From contig OY764265.1 in NCBI GenBank assembly GCA_963668355.1, positions 256,001-320,000 on the forward strand: 64,000 nucleotides of DNA, given 5' to 3'. The translations under genes and the position numbers were made by a program. Below are positions 1 through 10,436 of this stretch, in pieces (within the stretch, counting starts at the first letter, position 1; the number at the start of each line of letters is the position of its first letter). Below the pieces are notes generated by a model. That model saw only the letters and a list, made by a program, of their open reading frames with translations. It did not search any database and was not told the DNA's origin. The stretch is from Bdellovibrionota bacterium. GTDB lineage: Bacteria; Bdellovibrionota_G; JALEGL01; DATDPG01.

Positions 1-551
1 CTGACAAACGAAAACGCCTTGGAATCTTCTATCCCGTACTTCCACTGAATTCATCGATGGTTATGCACAGTAAACTCATGATCATTGATGACATTTACGC
101 TCGTGTCGGATCCGCCAACTTATCGAATCGTTCGATGGGCCTGGATACCGAATGTGACCTCGTCTTAGACGGATCCAAAAGCTCTGACCATGAAGCCGCC
201 ATTCGTCGATTGAAGGCCAGGCTTTTATCTGAACATTTGGGAACTTCAAAAGAAGAGATTTTAGATGCGATGAATCAAAACCCCTCCATTCGAAACATCA
301 TCACCCAACATGCATCCAAAGCCCGCTACCTGGAGTCTTTTCCCTCAAAAAAGGCAACTGCGAATGAAGAAGTGTTGAATTTTGTGAAATCACTAGCCGA
401 TAGAGATCACGCGCCCGAGCTTCCGGACATCATTCATGCGGGACATGAAAAAAAAGGTTTCCGCGTGATCGGAACGTGGACTTTTAGAATTTTTCTATGG
501 GTGGTCTTTCTTCTTTTTCTTGGCTTTCTCATTATTTTCCTTTCGCAATGA
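1..551 (+). CDS. Phospholipase D / cardiolipin synthase-like protein, 5'-partial
   Basis: HKD motif HSKLMIIDD followed by GSANLSNRSMGLDTE; frame is open back to the window edge; C-terminal TM segment; stop overlaps next ATG (ATGA). Confidence 0.85.
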   Translation, partial: DKRKRLGIFYPVLPLNSSMVMHSKLMIIDDIYARVGSANLSNRSMGLDTECDLVLDGSKSSDHEAAIRRLKARLLSEHLGTSKEEILDAMNQNPSIRNIITQHASKARYLESFPSKKATANEEVLNFVKSLADRDHAPELPDIIHAGHEKKGFRVIGTWTFRIFLWVVFLLFLGFLIIFLSQ

Positions 552-1264
552 ACCGATTAACGCTCGTCACATTCAACATCCAACAGGCCATGCAATTTTC
601 TCCAAAGCGACTGCATCTGCGCTCCGTATGTTCGGCTCTTCGCTCTCTGAAAGTAGATATTGTTCTTCTTCAGGAGGTGTGGATTCGAGATGGTTCTACT
701 TTTAAAGAAATGTTGGGAGGCGAATTTCAACAATGGAAATGCGCGGAATACGCAGAACACGCACAACTTTTTGGAGGACATCAAGGAAATGCCATCCTGA
801 GCACATTTCCTCTGCTTTTCAAAGAGGCGATCCCCTTTTCCACCTTTCATCGCCAACCCAGAGCGATGCTCCACGTTGACTTGGCCTTGAACGACACTTC
901 TTGTTCGGTTTACAACGTCCATTTGGGCCTGGGAGCACAAGAAAGGCAGGCTCAAGCCGACCAACTGATCGACGTTTTGAAACGCCATCCACTCACGTCT
1001 CCTCTTCTCCTGGGCGGTGACTTCAACGACTGGCGAAGAAAGCTTTCTCCTCAATTCAAGGAGGGTTTAGGATTGACGGAGGCTTTCTTAAAAAAAATGG
1101 GACGACACGCACGTTCGTTTCCAGCTCGGCTCCCCATCCTCCCTTTGGACCGAATGTACACTCGAAACATCCAAGTTCTAGAGAGTCAAATTCTCAAAGG
1201 TCACCCTTGGAGACATCTATCAGACCACCGTCCATATCTCATACACATTACCCACCCGGGATAA
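548..1264 (+). CDS. Endonuclease/exonuclease/phosphatase family protein (YbhP-like)
   Basis: TFNI, LQEV, GNAILS, NVHLGL, GGDFNDW, LDRMY and LSDH motifs; ATG at 548 coupled to the upstream stop. Confidence 0.88.
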   Translation: MNRLTLVTFNIQQAMQFSPKRLHLRSVCSALRSLKVDIVLLQEVWIRDGSTFKEMLGGEFQQWKCAEYAEHAQLFGGHQGNAILSTFPLLFKEAIPFSTFHRQPRAMLHVDLALNDTSCSVYNVHLGLGAQERQAQADQLIDVLKRHPLTSPLLLGGDFNDWRRKLSPQFKEGLGLTEAFLKKMGRHARSFPARLPILPLDRMYTRNIQVLESQILKGHPWRHLSDHRPYLIHITHPG

Positions 1265-1375
1265 TTGCACGCAAAGAAACATAGCGTTTTATCTATATAT
1301 TCGTCATTGAATATCGATTTGACCAAACATCTTATGTTTTATAATTTGCTCACTGAATCGAAAGGAGATCAATAA

Positions 1376-1723
1376 ATGCCTAGAAACAACAAAACTGCCA
1401 ATCTGAAAATTTCTCAAGCTCTGGAACTCTTGGACGAAGCCGCTGTTGACAAGAAAGAGGAGATTCGAGAACTATTAGATGATGGATTCGACCAATTTAA
1501 AGAGGCCGTGTCCGATGTCGGACCTGGTCTTCGTGATTCCATTCAGAGTTCCAAAGAAAAAGTGCGCTATTTAGCGGATCGTGCCAAAGACAAAACGGTT
1601 GAAAAAACAAAGGAAGTGTCTCACGCCATTGATGACAATGTTCGTTCCAACCCTTGGAGCTACTTGGGAGCAGCGGCTGGAAGTGGACTTGTCCTCGGGT
1701 TCCTTCTGGGTCGGAAATCCTAG
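1376..1723 (+). CDS. DUF883 / ElaB-YqjD family tail-anchored protein
   Basis: C-terminal VRSNPWSYLGAAAGSGLVLGFLLGRK signature; AAGGAG RBS. Confidence 0.85.
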   Translation: MPRNNKTANLKISQALELLDEAAVDKKEEIRELLDDGFDQFKEAVSDVGPGLRDSIQSSKEKVRYLADRAKDKTVEKTKEVSHAIDDNVRSNPWSYLGAAAGSGLVLGFLLGRKS

Positions 1724-1738
1724 ACATTCGAGAAGAAT

Positions 1739-2137
1739 ATGAACGGCATCTTGGAAAAACTCGGGGAAGGATTGAGAACTTATCTCAAATCCTACCCCGA
1801 AAAAAGTGCGGATTTGCTAAAAGTAGAAACGGCCTCCCTCTATCTCAAGTCTATTCAAGTGTTACGGAGAGTCATCCTCCTCGTCTTGGGCCTTCAAATG
1901 ATTGGAATCCTTGGCGTCGCATCCTTAATAACAGCCTTCTCTGGTGTGCTAACCCAGATACATTGGGGAACCTCAAACCTGGGCTACCAGCTATTGGTTG
2001 CCGGGATTCTTGGGATGCTCACTTCCAGCCTGGGAACCTACCGGATGTTATCATCCAAAACGTTTTTAGAGATCACCCATGGAGACGAATTGCTGGAATC
2101 GACACTATCGAGCTGTAAAAAAGAGACCCGACACTAA
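1739..2137 (+). CDS. Membrane protein, possibly YqjE/holin-X-like partner of DUF883
   Basis: Two TM segments; position directly after the DUF883 gene. Confidence 0.55.
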   Translation: MNGILEKLGEGLRTYLKSYPEKSADLLKVETASLYLKSIQVLRRVILLVLGLQMIGILGVASLITAFSGVLTQIHWGTSNLGYQLLVAGILGMLTSSLGTYRMLSSKTFLEITHGDELLESTLSSCKKETRH

Positions 2138-2140
2138 CTC

Positions 2141-3562
2141 CTAAGGATTTGCAAAAACCGCTTGCCCTTGACGAGCGTAGTCAATGGCTTCTCCTAAAAT
2201 TCGCGCCGCTTCCTGTGGTGCATGAAAACCCATCGAGTTTTCTGCAGCAATGAAATCCAATCGCCACTGAGCCTTCCTTTGCAGCTCTAGAGACTGCTTC
2301 AGAATATTCTCTGGAACTCCATTCTTCTTGGCCAGTTTAATCGCATCCAATTGATCCATAAGCGCCTGTCCGGCTCGTTGCAACAAGTCGTGATTTCGAG
2401 ACTGGATCACATCGACCCGTTCTAGAATTTCCTTTTCAGAAAAATGATGACAGGACTGACAGGCGCGATTGACGTTGAGGAGGGGACTTCTCACCCAATG
2501 ATCCGATATTTTCGTGGCACCCTCTCGCATGTATGGCATATGGCAATCGGCACAGGAAACTCGGCTTCTTGCATGAATGCCTTGCGACCAAAGCTCAAAC
2601 TCGGGGTGTTGGGCTTTGAGGACTTTGGCACCAGACTCCTTGTGCTCATAGTCAAAAAATTGTTTTCCATCTGGAAATGTGGACTCATTCCAAAATTTCT
2701 CAATATTTTCGACCTTCAAACCATTTCCCCAAGGGAAGGTAAGTGGCTGCTGGCTTGAACAATAATACTCCACATGACATTGGGCACACACGAAGGACCG
2801 CATTTCCAACCGAGACGCATCCTTATTCGGATCGTAAGGCCGACTTTGATTTCCTTCCCTCCACCTCTCAATGGACTCAAACTGTGGCATCGGAGATTCA
2901 GAGTTGGCCAATCTCCGTATGCCCGCAATGAATCCAGGACGAGTCACACGCAAGCCCATCGTTTTGGAGTCATGGCAATCGACGCAAGATACTGGGTGTC
3001 CGTGCCCCATTTCATGCAACATTTCATTGAGTTCCTGATACGAATGGCGATAAGTCATTTCCATTCCCTTCATGGCATCCCCATCGCCCAAGCTCCTATA
3101 CAAAGGCATGATGGACGCATGACAATGAAGACAAGACCCAGACTGAGGCTTGGTCAGTCTTTCTGTATTCTCTTGATCGGTCAGCATATAGGCATGCCCT
3201 CTTCGATCTCGATAATCGATTGAAAAGGCATAGCCCAAAAACATCCGCTTCAACCAAGGGTCTCGATCAATTTTCTCCGCGGGAAGCGCTTCACTACCTC
3301 CATGCCCACCAAATCGCGTTCGCGTCGCAATGGCTGTCTTCTTGTAGGAGTCATATTGCATCGGCCAATTAATGCCCCATTTGGCAGGATCGGTATCATC
3401 TTCATTCACTTCCACTAATCTCACGTATGGCTTTCGAGCTTCACTCTTTCTCTCGAAGATATTCACCAACAACATGACAACCAGAAAGGTTCCAAGAGAG
3501 ACCCCGCCCGCGACAAAAAGAAAGGTTCTTGGTTTAAGAACAAAAGAGTCAAATCGTTTCAT
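2141..3562 (-). CDS. nrfA: Ammonia-forming pentaheme cytochrome c nitrite reductase, CxxCH variant
   Basis: Five heme motifs (CLHCH, CVDCH, CAQCH, CADCH, CQSCH); [19 protein letters not shown] and [10 protein letters not shown] motifs. Confidence 0.95.
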   Translation of the reverse strand: MKRFDSFVLKPRTFLFVAGGVSLGTFLVVMLLVNIFERKSEARKPYVRLVEVNEDDTDPAKWGINWPMQYDSYKKTAIATRTRFGGHGGSEALPAEKIDRDPWLKRMFLGYAFSIDYRDRRGHAYMLTDQENTERLTKPQSGSCLHCHASIMPLYRSLGDGDAMKGMEMTYRHSYQELNEMLHEMGHGHPVSCVDCHDSKTMGLRVTRPGFIAGIRRLANSESPMPQFESIERWREGNQSRPYDPNKDASRLEMRSFVCAQCHVEYYCSSQQPLTFPWGNGLKVENIEKFWNESTFPDGKQFFDYEHKESGAKVLKAQHPEFELWSQGIHARSRVSCADCHMPYMREGATKISDHWVRSPLLNVNRACQSCHHFSEKEILERVDVIQSRNHDLLQRAGQALMDQLDAIKLAKKNGVPENILKQSLELQRKAQWRLDFIAAENSMGFHAPQEAARILGEAIDYARQGQAVFANP

Positions 3563-4083
3563 GGTATTTCTCCTACTGTCTGGTCATTCCTTCCCAAACC
3601 GACATATTCGCCATGGCCTACACCTTGATGGCAATGCACACATGCAAGCTCTTGTCGGTCCATTACACTCGAAATGAGCAAGGGATGAATGATGCCTTTA
3701 TGGCACCTCACACAATTCTTCTGCAAAATGTCCGAGTTACGATCTATGATTTGAATCGGTTCATGAAAGTTTTGTAAGGTAAACGCCATCGAGTGACGAT
3801 AACCGTTATCTGCCTTTGCAATGTATTTACCGATAAAACTTGTTGGAAGATGGCAATCCACGCACACAGCCACCGTATGATGGCTGGATTTCGTCCATGA
3901 ATCGAATTGACGATTCATGATATGGCAATTTGCACAGGCTTTCGGATCGGAACTCAAGTAAGAAAGGCCATGCGCATAGAAAAAAGTGTATACCGAAAAA
4001 CCAACAAACAACCCCACACCAATGGCCACAAGAAAACCCGGATGACGTAACCATCCGAAAGCACCCTTTTTCGTTGGAGTCAC
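3559..4083 (-). CDS. nrfH: Cytochrome c nitrite reductase small subunit (tetraheme quinol dehydrogenase)
   Basis: N-terminal TM helix, four CxxCH motifs, [15 protein letters not shown]; probable GTG start at 4083 overlapping the cupin stop; coupled to nrfA. Confidence 0.92.
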   Translation of the reverse strand: MTPTKKGAFGWLRHPGFLVAIGVGLFVGFSVYTFFYAHGLSYLSSDPKACANCHIMNRQFDSWTKSSHHTVAVCVDCHLPTSFIGKYIAKADNGYRHSMAFTLQNFHEPIQIIDRNSDILQKNCVRCHKGIIHPLLISSVMDRQELACVHCHQGVGHGEYVGLGRNDQTVGEIP

Positions 4084-4421
4084 GCTTTGATCATCACCAA
4101 AAGCATCTTCATGTTTTCTGGCGCTTTGACCGCATGGGGAATGTTTGCCGGCAAAACAATCACTTCCCCAGCCTGCATCTTGTGCCAAGTCTCCTCAATC
4201 ATAACCGAGGCTTGACCTTCGACGATTTGAACAAAGGCATCATAGGGAGCTGAGTGTGGGCTGAGTTGCTCTCCCTTTGCAAAAGCAAAAAAGGTGATGT
4301 TTCCAGTTTCTGCCTTTTTGATCGAGCGACTAACAATGGATCCTGGGTTATAGGGAGCCAACTCATCCAAGCGCACTGGAGCACCGATCTCTTCTTTATA
4401 GTTGTCTTTCTTTGAATTCAT
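4080..4421 (-). CDS. Cupin domain protein
   Basis: FAFAKGEQLSPHSAP...PANIPHAV cupin motifs; probable ATG at 4421. Confidence 0.85.
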   Translation of the reverse strand: MNSKKDNYKEEIGAPVRLDELAPYNPGSIVSRSIKKAETGNITFFAFAKGEQLSPHSAPYDAFVQIVEGQASVMIEETWHKMQAGEVIVLPANIPHAVKAPENMKMLLVMIKA

Positions 4422-4456
4422 CTTTTTCAACCTTACTTTCGAGAAGGGGAATCGTA

Positions 4457-4472
4457 CTTGACCTAAGTCAAG
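4457..4472 (-). promoter_or_regulatory. CRP/FNR-family binding box upstream of cupin-nrfH-nrfA
   Basis: Palindrome CTTGAC-CTAA-GTCAAG, with a TAAGGT -10-like hexamer at 4435-4430 on the minus strand (class II geometry). Confidence 0.65.
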
Positions 4473-4508
4473 ACTTTCCACTGAATTTAAGAATCTACTC
4501 TGTCAGGC

Positions 4509-5411
4509 CTAAGCCATCGACTCGTAAACCGAGGCAAACACCGGCGCGAAGTCTTGAATGGTCATGGACCCTTGATGATCCTCGGTCAGCTCTTGCGTGG
4601 GTTGAATCTTTCCCTCATTAAACGACTTATCCATCTCAAGGAGAAGGTCTACAACATTCGGTTTCAAGCCAGATTCAAGCATGGCCTTTTTCGCTTCGTC
4701 GTAAGGAAATTGAAAATACCGCAGATCCGGTTTTCCGATGGCCTCTCCCAGTGCCGAAGTAACTTTCTCCAGAGAAACTGCTTCGGGGCCAATCAGTTCA
4801 AAGACATTGATTCCCTGAAAGTCGAGACGGTCCAGAAATTCTGCCGCTTTCAAGCCAATGTCGTGGGTCGCCACAATTGGAATGGGATGATCCCCCTTTA
4901 AGGGCGAGCCGTTGATTCCTTCGGCTTTGATCAAAGGAATTGCCGCCAACTGATTTTCCATAAAATAAATGGGGCGAAGATGCATGATATTTACGTCTTT
5001 GAGTTGGTTGAGCCGCTGTTCATGCCGATACAGTCCCTTGATCGGCCCCGTACCTTCGCTCAAATGGGCTCCTAAACTACTCAAATTCAAGACATACGGA
5101 TTCTGAGCCTCGGAAATGGCTTTAACGATGCTCTCCCCTGCTCGGTCTTGCGCAGCACCAAAGTCCTCCGCCTCATAAAACGGAGGAATGAGACTAAAAA
5201 CTGCGTTTGCTCCTTTAAAAGCCTTCGCGAGTGAGGCAGGCTGATCCAAATCAACCGGATAGGGTTTGGCTCCAAAGGCCTCCATCGCCTCCAACTTCCT
5301 TTTATTTCGGCCAAGAGCTCTAACCTCGTGGCCTCTTTGAATAAGGTCTTGCGCCACAACGCTTCCGATGTTCCCAGTGGCTCCCATGATTGCGTAGACT
5401 GATTTTGCCAT
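4509..5411 (-). CDS. NmrA family NAD(P)-binding protein
   Basis: GATGNIGS Rossmann motif, LSSLGA, LRPIYFMEN. Confidence 0.88.
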   Translation of the reverse strand: MAKSVYAIMGATGNIGSVVAQDLIQRGHEVRALGRNKRKLEAMEAFGAKPYPVDLDQPASLAKAFKGANAVFSLIPPFYEAEDFGAAQDRAGESIVKAISEAQNPYVLNLSSLGAHLSEGTGPIKGLYRHEQRLNQLKDVNIMHLRPIYFMENQLAAIPLIKAEGINGSPLKGDHPIPIVATHDIGLKAAEFLDRLDFQGINVFELIGPEAVSLEKVTSALGEAIGKPDLRYFQFPYDEAKKAMLESGLKPNVVDLLLEMDKSFNEGKIQPTQELTEDHQGSMTIQDFAPVFASVYESMA

Positions 5412-5521
5412 TTTTTGCGCTCCTCGATCGTTTTAGGATGGTTCTTTTTTCATGATATAGGTCATGAATTACATCATAAAACCAAGGACCTCAAGGGAGG
5501 GAAAGTTGGGTGTGCTCTCCC

Positions 5522-6589
5522 TTAGGAATCCTGATGAAAACGTAGGAAACGAAAGGTTTGAATGCCATCAAAAAGCTGATGCACACGACTTTGGAATTGT
5601 TCCTCGTTTGCAGAATTCGCGTTGAGTTTCCGGACTTTTGCAAGAAAACCTTGGTTGTGAATGAAAGCGGAGGTTTTGTCACAGTCCTTCCAACATCGTT
5701 CAATCTTTTCAGGATCATTTGCATACGCAGAAAGTTGAAGCAAAAATTCTTTGAGATGCTCGAATGACTTCTTCGAAGGCATGAAAAGAGATTCCAACGC
5801 TTTGGACTTGTTTTCTTGATACTTCGACATAAAAAAACCCGTTCCCAAGTACACCCGATTGGAAGAACGACATGACGGAAAAACCCGAGTCGGAAGTTTG
5901 TCGATGGGACCCACTTTTCGAAGCTTACTCATGAAATGAAAATCTTCTGTGGCATTTTTGGCCGGCATTCCTCCACACAATTGATAATGATGAACGTCCG
6001 TACCAAGGCAAGAGCCAATCGTAAAATGCCCATAGGGAGATCCTGCGCTTTCCAAGCCAAGCTTCATCCATTTTAAAAAATCTTCATAAATGGTCATTCC
6101 CTCTTTTTCTTCCGGAGTCTGGGGACAATGTTCAAAGTCGATCGTGAAACCCGATCCGTTTGTTGGATGTTCCAAAATCGTTTGAACATAATTATCCGCA
6201 ACCAAACAATCTGCATCCAAGGACAAAACGCGATCTGAGTCTCGCTTCAGCATTTTCTGTACTGCGCAATCCATTCCGAGCTTCCGGGCTTCCCCCACAC
6301 CCTTTTTCAACTTCCACACCCGGTCCCCTAGCACCACAAGAGGATAGGACAAGCTTTCCTTCATGCCTTTGAGAATATCTAGCGTCTCTTGGTTATCCAG
6401 CTTCGCTTCTCGGGACACTTCGAGAGGTTCATTCACAACCACGACGACCTGAAACGCATCGGTGTCTCCAAAATGCACTACACTTTCCTGAAGAGAGGAA
6501 AGTGCTTTCGGCAACCACTCACTTTCCGCATAGGCAGGGATCACAACGGCTGCCGCATACTTTGTTTTCGAACCGGTCATTCCATACAC
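5522..6589 (-). CDS. Glycosyltransferase family 2-like protein
   Basis: VVIPAY, GVGEARKLG, SLDADC (DxD) and TEDFHF motifs. Confidence 0.75.
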   Translation of the reverse strand: MYGMTGSKTKYAAAVVIPAYAESEWLPKALSSLQESVVHFGDTDAFQVVVVVNEPLEVSREAKLDNQETLDILKGMKESLSYPLVVLGDRVWKLKKGVGEARKLGMDCAVQKMLKRDSDRVLSLDADCLVADNYVQTILEHPTNGSGFTIDFEHCPQTPEEKEGMTIYEDFLKWMKLGLESAGSPYGHFTIGSCLGTDVHHYQLCGGMPAKNATEDFHFMSKLRKVGPIDKLPTRVFPSCRSSNRVYLGTGFFMSKYQENKSKALESLFMPSKKSFEHLKEFLLQLSAYANDPEKIERCWKDCDKTSAFIHNQGFLAKVRKLNANSANEEQFQSRVHQLFDGIQTFRFLRFHQDS

Positions 6590-7509
6590 TGTGAGAGAAT
6601 AATCTTCGCATTGGTTTCAGGAGACTCCTGACCATCCAGCCAATGAATCGCCACGCCTTCACGTTCCATCTTTCGGAACCACGTGTCTTGTCTTTTGGCG
6701 AAATGGTGAATGGCCGTATTCAATTGCAAAAACATTTCTTTCTGGCTGTAGTCCCCTCGAAGATATTCCGTAATAAATCGGTATTCGAGGCCATAAAAAA
6801 TGAGTTGTTCTGGAGTCAGACCGCGTTCCAACAACCTCTGCACTTCTTCGATCATCCCACTCTCCAAACGCTCTTGGAGTCGTTTTGTAATCCGGGCTCG
6901 TAAAACACTTCGATCCCAACGGAGTCCGTAAACGCACGAGTTAAGAGAAATGGATGGAGAAACAGACGCCGGAGGCGCCTCGGCAATTTCAATGGCACGA
7001 ATCAATCGCTTCCGATTAAGAATATCTGTTTGATTATGAAGAGGGCCGTGCGTTTTTAGCTCAGCCACCAACTCTTCCGTGGACTTTTCTTTCAATTCAG
7101 CTTGGCGATTCGGGTTGGGGGGAACTGCCAGCAATTGATAATCCTGTAAAAGCGCATTGAGATAGAGACCCGTTCCACCACAAAGGATGGGAAATCGATT
7201 GCGCGAATGAATGTCTTGAATCGCCGCGACGCCATCTCGTTTGAATTCGAAAAGATTGTATTCATAGCCAGGATCCACAATATCCACGAGATGAACGGGA
7301 ATTCTTCGGCCCGACACAAGGTACTCGCCCAGATCCTTTCCCGTCCCGAGATCCATATGTCGATACACTTGACGAGAGTCTGCACTCACCACTTCCCCGT
7401 CCACCAGTCCAGCAACAGAAGCCGCCAGTCGGGTCTTTCCGGACGCGGTCGGCCCCAAAATGCAGATCAATGGAATGGGCTTTTCAGACATGGGCCTGAT
7501 GTACCACAC
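6577..7509 (-). CDS. miaA: tRNA dimethylallyltransferase
   Basis: GPTASGKT, SADSRQVY, DLGTGK, CGGTGLY and FAKRQDTWFR motifs. Confidence 0.93.
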   Translation of the reverse strand: MWYIRPMSEKPIPLICILGPTASGKTRLAASVAGLVDGEVVSADSRQVYRHMDLGTGKDLGEYLVSGRRIPVHLVDIVDPGYEYNLFEFKRDGVAAIQDIHSRNRFPILCGGTGLYLNALLQDYQLLAVPPNPNRQAELKEKSTEELVAELKTHGPLHNQTDILNRKRLIRAIEIAEAPPASVSPSISLNSCVYGLRWDRSVLRARITKRLQERLESGMIEEVQRLLERGLTPEQLIFYGLEYRFITEYLRGDYSQKEMFLQLNTAIHHFAKRQDTWFRKMEREGVAIHWLDGQESPETNAKIILSQCME

Positions 7510-7837
7510 CTTTCCGGCGATTCAAATTCGCTCAAAAAGGAGTTGGTCGTTTTTCACCCTGAAGACAGCTTGCGCCTGACAAATTCGTTTGAGGTCTTCC
7601 ACCGAACCCTAAAGACTCAGGTTTCGTGTCGACACTCCTTCCTTGGCTTTGCTCGATTCCATAATAGAAGAGAATATATGGAATCTCTACTTTCTACCGA
7701 TTTATTTTTTTACCCAAATCCACCTGAAACACTTGCCCCTTCAGTACCAATTTTACGCTCTATCCCGACGAAGAACCGATGGTTGGGAATTTTTGAACGC
7801 GAACGAATCAATTGAGTGAAATCGCTCTGCGATTCAA

Positions 7838-8584
7838 CTACACCATTTGAATTCCGCCACTGACGGGCAAGTAACTTCCCGAAACAAATCGGGATGCGTC
7901 AGAAGCGTAAAACAAAACGGCCCCGGCCACATCTTCCGGCAAACCGACACGACCGAGAGGTGTCATTGAAGCCAGACCGTCTCGTTGGGCTTTAGGAATT
8001 CCTCGTGTGGCATCCGTCTCCGTTAGCCCAGGTGCAACCACATTGACACGAATTTGATGTGGACCCAATTCAAGGGCCAAAGATTTTCCAAATGAATCAA
8101 GAGCTGACTTAGCGGTAGAATGTGCACAGAACCCCATACCGGGATACCGAGAAAGACTGCTAGAGATGAAAATAACGGATCCCTTTTTTCGCTGAATCAT
8201 CCCCGAAGCAACGGCTCGCGTTGTAAAAAAAGAAGCCTTCAGTTCCCCCGTGAGTTTTGCCTCAAAAGCATCCCAGGGATACTCCATGAAGGGAACGGTA
8301 GGAAACGTGATGCTCGCATTGGCCACCAATACATCGATGGACCCCAACGCTTCTTCGGCTTTCTGGACCATCTCCTCCACGGCGGATTGATCTCGACAAT
8401 CCGCCTGGAGCGCCACGGCCTTTCCTCCCTTGGCTTGAATATCGGCCACAACTTGGTCGGCGGCAGTTTGATTCTGAAAATAATTCACAGCTACAGATGC
8501 GCCGTGTTCACCCAACAATCTGGCTGTCGCGGCTCCAATGCCTCGGCTGGCTCCCGTAACAAGAATAACCTTATCTTTGACCAT
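7838..8584 (-). CDS. Short-chain dehydrogenase/reductase (FabG-like)
   Basis: TGASRGIG, HSTAK (YxxxK variant), RVNVVAPG. Confidence 0.9.
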   Translation of the reverse strand: MVKDKVILVTGASRGIGAATARLLGEHGASVAVNYFQNQTAADQVVADIQAKGGKAVALQADCRDQSAVEEMVQKAEEALGSIDVLVANASITFPTVPFMEYPWDAFEAKLTGELKASFFTTRAVASGMIQRKKGSVIFISSSLSRYPGMGFCAHSTAKSALDSFGKSLALELGPHQIRVNVVAPGLTETDATRGIPKAQRDGLASMTPLGRVGLPEDVAGAVLFYASDASRFVSGSYLPVSGGIQMV

Positions 8585-8666
8585 GTGCTCCTCCAGGGAC
8601 TTTAGAAAAAATTGGGGATCATCATACGTGACATTTCATATCAGAGAAAAGAAGGCATCCCGCGCT

Positions 8667-9236
8667 CTAAAAAACGCCATGTTCGTGAAGAATTCTCCCT
8701 CCGATGATGAGCAAGACGATACCCCCAGTTAACTCGGCATAACGTGTCAATCTCACACGACGGCCGAGTACGCCTCCAAGATGAATTCCCCCTGCCGTGA
8801 AAGCCCCTGCAACAAGTCCAATCACAAGAGAAGGGAACCAAACGGAAACTCGAAGCATGGCCAAGCTCAATCCCAAGGCTAACGCATCGATGCTCGTTGC
8901 GATCGACAAAATGAGGAGAGACCACCCCTTCGTGGGCTCTTTGAAGCTAACTCTTTCTTGATCATAGCGAAGAGCAGAAAAAATCATTCTCCCTCCAATG
9001 ACGGAAAGCAACAGAAAAGCCACCCAATGATCGAAAGCAGAAATACAATCTTGGAAAGAAAGACCCAACGCCCAACCCAATATGGGCATCAAGGCTTGAA
9101 ACAATCCAAAATGCCACGCAAGTCGAAACGTTTGACGACCCGAGACATTCTTAAGAGAAACACCAATGGCAATCGATACCGCAAATGCATCCATGGCCAA
9201 AGCAATGGCTACAGCAAAAATTTCAAAGACGTTCAC
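8667..9236 (-). CDS. mntP: Manganese efflux pump
   Basis: ALAMDAFAVS, FGLFQALMP and ATSIDALA motifs. Confidence 0.9.
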   Translation of the reverse strand: MNVFEIFAVAIALAMDAFAVSIAIGVSLKNVSGRQTFRLAWHFGLFQALMPILGWALGLSFQDCISAFDHWVAFLLLSVIGGRMIFSALRYDQERVSFKEPTKGWSLLILSIATSIDALALGLSLAMLRVSVWFPSLVIGLVAGAFTAGGIHLGGVLGRRVRLTRYAELTGGIVLLIIGGRILHEHGVF

Positions 9237-9352
9237 GTCGCTACTTTTACCAAAAACCGTAGAAGATCCTACCTATTTGCCTTTTTGCTAAAAGCATAAC
9301 TTTCTTACAAATGGATTTTGGAATTCTGTGTGTTCCAAAAGCCAACCCGCTT

Positions 9353-9733
9353 TTAATAGTCGGAATTGAAATCCAAAACACCGTCGGCGAGATTCGACAC
9401 TCCGATTCGACAAAAATAGGACCAAGCCGAACCCGGAATCGGCGACTTTGTGCAGGAGATGTTTTGACCCTCAGCATGATGATGACGTCCGATGGTCTCT
9501 TCTGGATCGGAGTACTTTTTCTCAATTCGCTCATACAGCGCTCGCGCCACATCTCCATAAAACGTTAGAACGCCTTGATTCGTTTGAGGCGAATATGGGT
9601 CAAACGAATTTTCCAAATCCACCCAAAGGATAGATGTTCCCTCGAATGCGTTGGGTGGAGCGTCTTCTTGAGCAAATGAATAGGTGAATCCGAGACTGCA
9701 CATGAATGAAATGAGAAACGCAAAGAACCTCAT
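9353..9733 (-). CDS. Hypothetical secreted protein
   Basis: GGAGG RBS, signal peptide MRFFAFLISF...SFA, Cys pair. Confidence 0.65.
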   Translation of the reverse strand: MRFFAFLISFMCSLGFTYSFAQEDAPPNAFEGTSILWVDLENSFDPYSPQTNQGVLTFYGDVARALYERIEKKYSDPEETIGRHHHAEGQNISCTKSPIPGSAWSYFCRIGVSNLADGVLDFNSDY

Positions 9734-9840
9734 GCCGACCTCCCTTGTTGAAACGCACGGGTATTTAACACCTGAATTAGCGCATCGCATCAAGTAAATC
9801 AAGTCGGGAAACGATTTCAAACAAACCTACCATTTCCCCT

Positions 9841-10323
9841 TCAGACAAGGTTTCTGGAGAGGTGCCAAATCGAAAAGTTCAAAATTCCCGCAAAGGAAAC
9901 CCATAGCCAGTACGGAACCAATAACACCCCTGCCCGAATGTCCACCTTCCAAAAACGACAAAGCGTGAAAAGAATGAAGATATTCAGAATCAGAATTTCC
10001 ACAAAAGCCCAACCTGGCTTCCGGAACCCAAAAAATAGAATCGTCCAAAGAAGATTCAACAGAAGCTGAATCAAGTAGAACTGCCACTTGGGGTCTTTGA
10101 AACGAAATCCAGACCGACGCCAAACCAGCCAAGCTGCAACCGCCATCGAAACGTAAAGAAAGGTCCACACCGGTCCAAAAATCCAACCGGGAGGATTAAA
10201 CGAAGGCTTTGCGAGCGTGAGATACCAGGAATTGACCGAAGTCGCGGTAACAAGCCCCCCGATGACCTGAACCAATAAAACCAGAGCCAAAGAAACCAAC
10301 AATCCGCCCCACGAAGATCTCAT
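9841..10323 (-). CDS. tspO: TspO/MBR tryptophan-rich sensory protein
   Basis: WYLTLAKPSFNPPGWIFGPVWTFLY and LVPYWLWVSFA motifs. Confidence 0.92.
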   Translation of the reverse strand: MRSSWGGLLVSLALVLLVQVIGGLVTATSVNSWYLTLAKPSFNPPGWIFGPVWTFLYVSMAVAAWLVWRRSGFRFKDPKWQFYLIQLLLNLLWTILFFGFRKPGWAFVEILILNIFILFTLCRFWKVDIRAGVLLVPYWLWVSFAGILNFSIWHLSRNLV

Positions 10324-10436
10324 TCAAGAATCCCCTTTTCAATTTACATTGTTCACGAAAACCATCTTCCCGCCACACTTCGAGATCTACCAAAATTTCG
10401 TACCTGAAGTTACGACGGGAATTAAAAAATCAAGAC

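Noticed and set aside
7207..7815. 202-aa plus-strand ORF
   Set aside because: Overlaps miaA antisense, no motif; likely spurious.
9237..9350. yybP-ykoY Mn riboswitch upstream of mntP
   Set aside because: Short AT-rich leader with no recognisable riboswitch structure by eye; Infernal would settle it.
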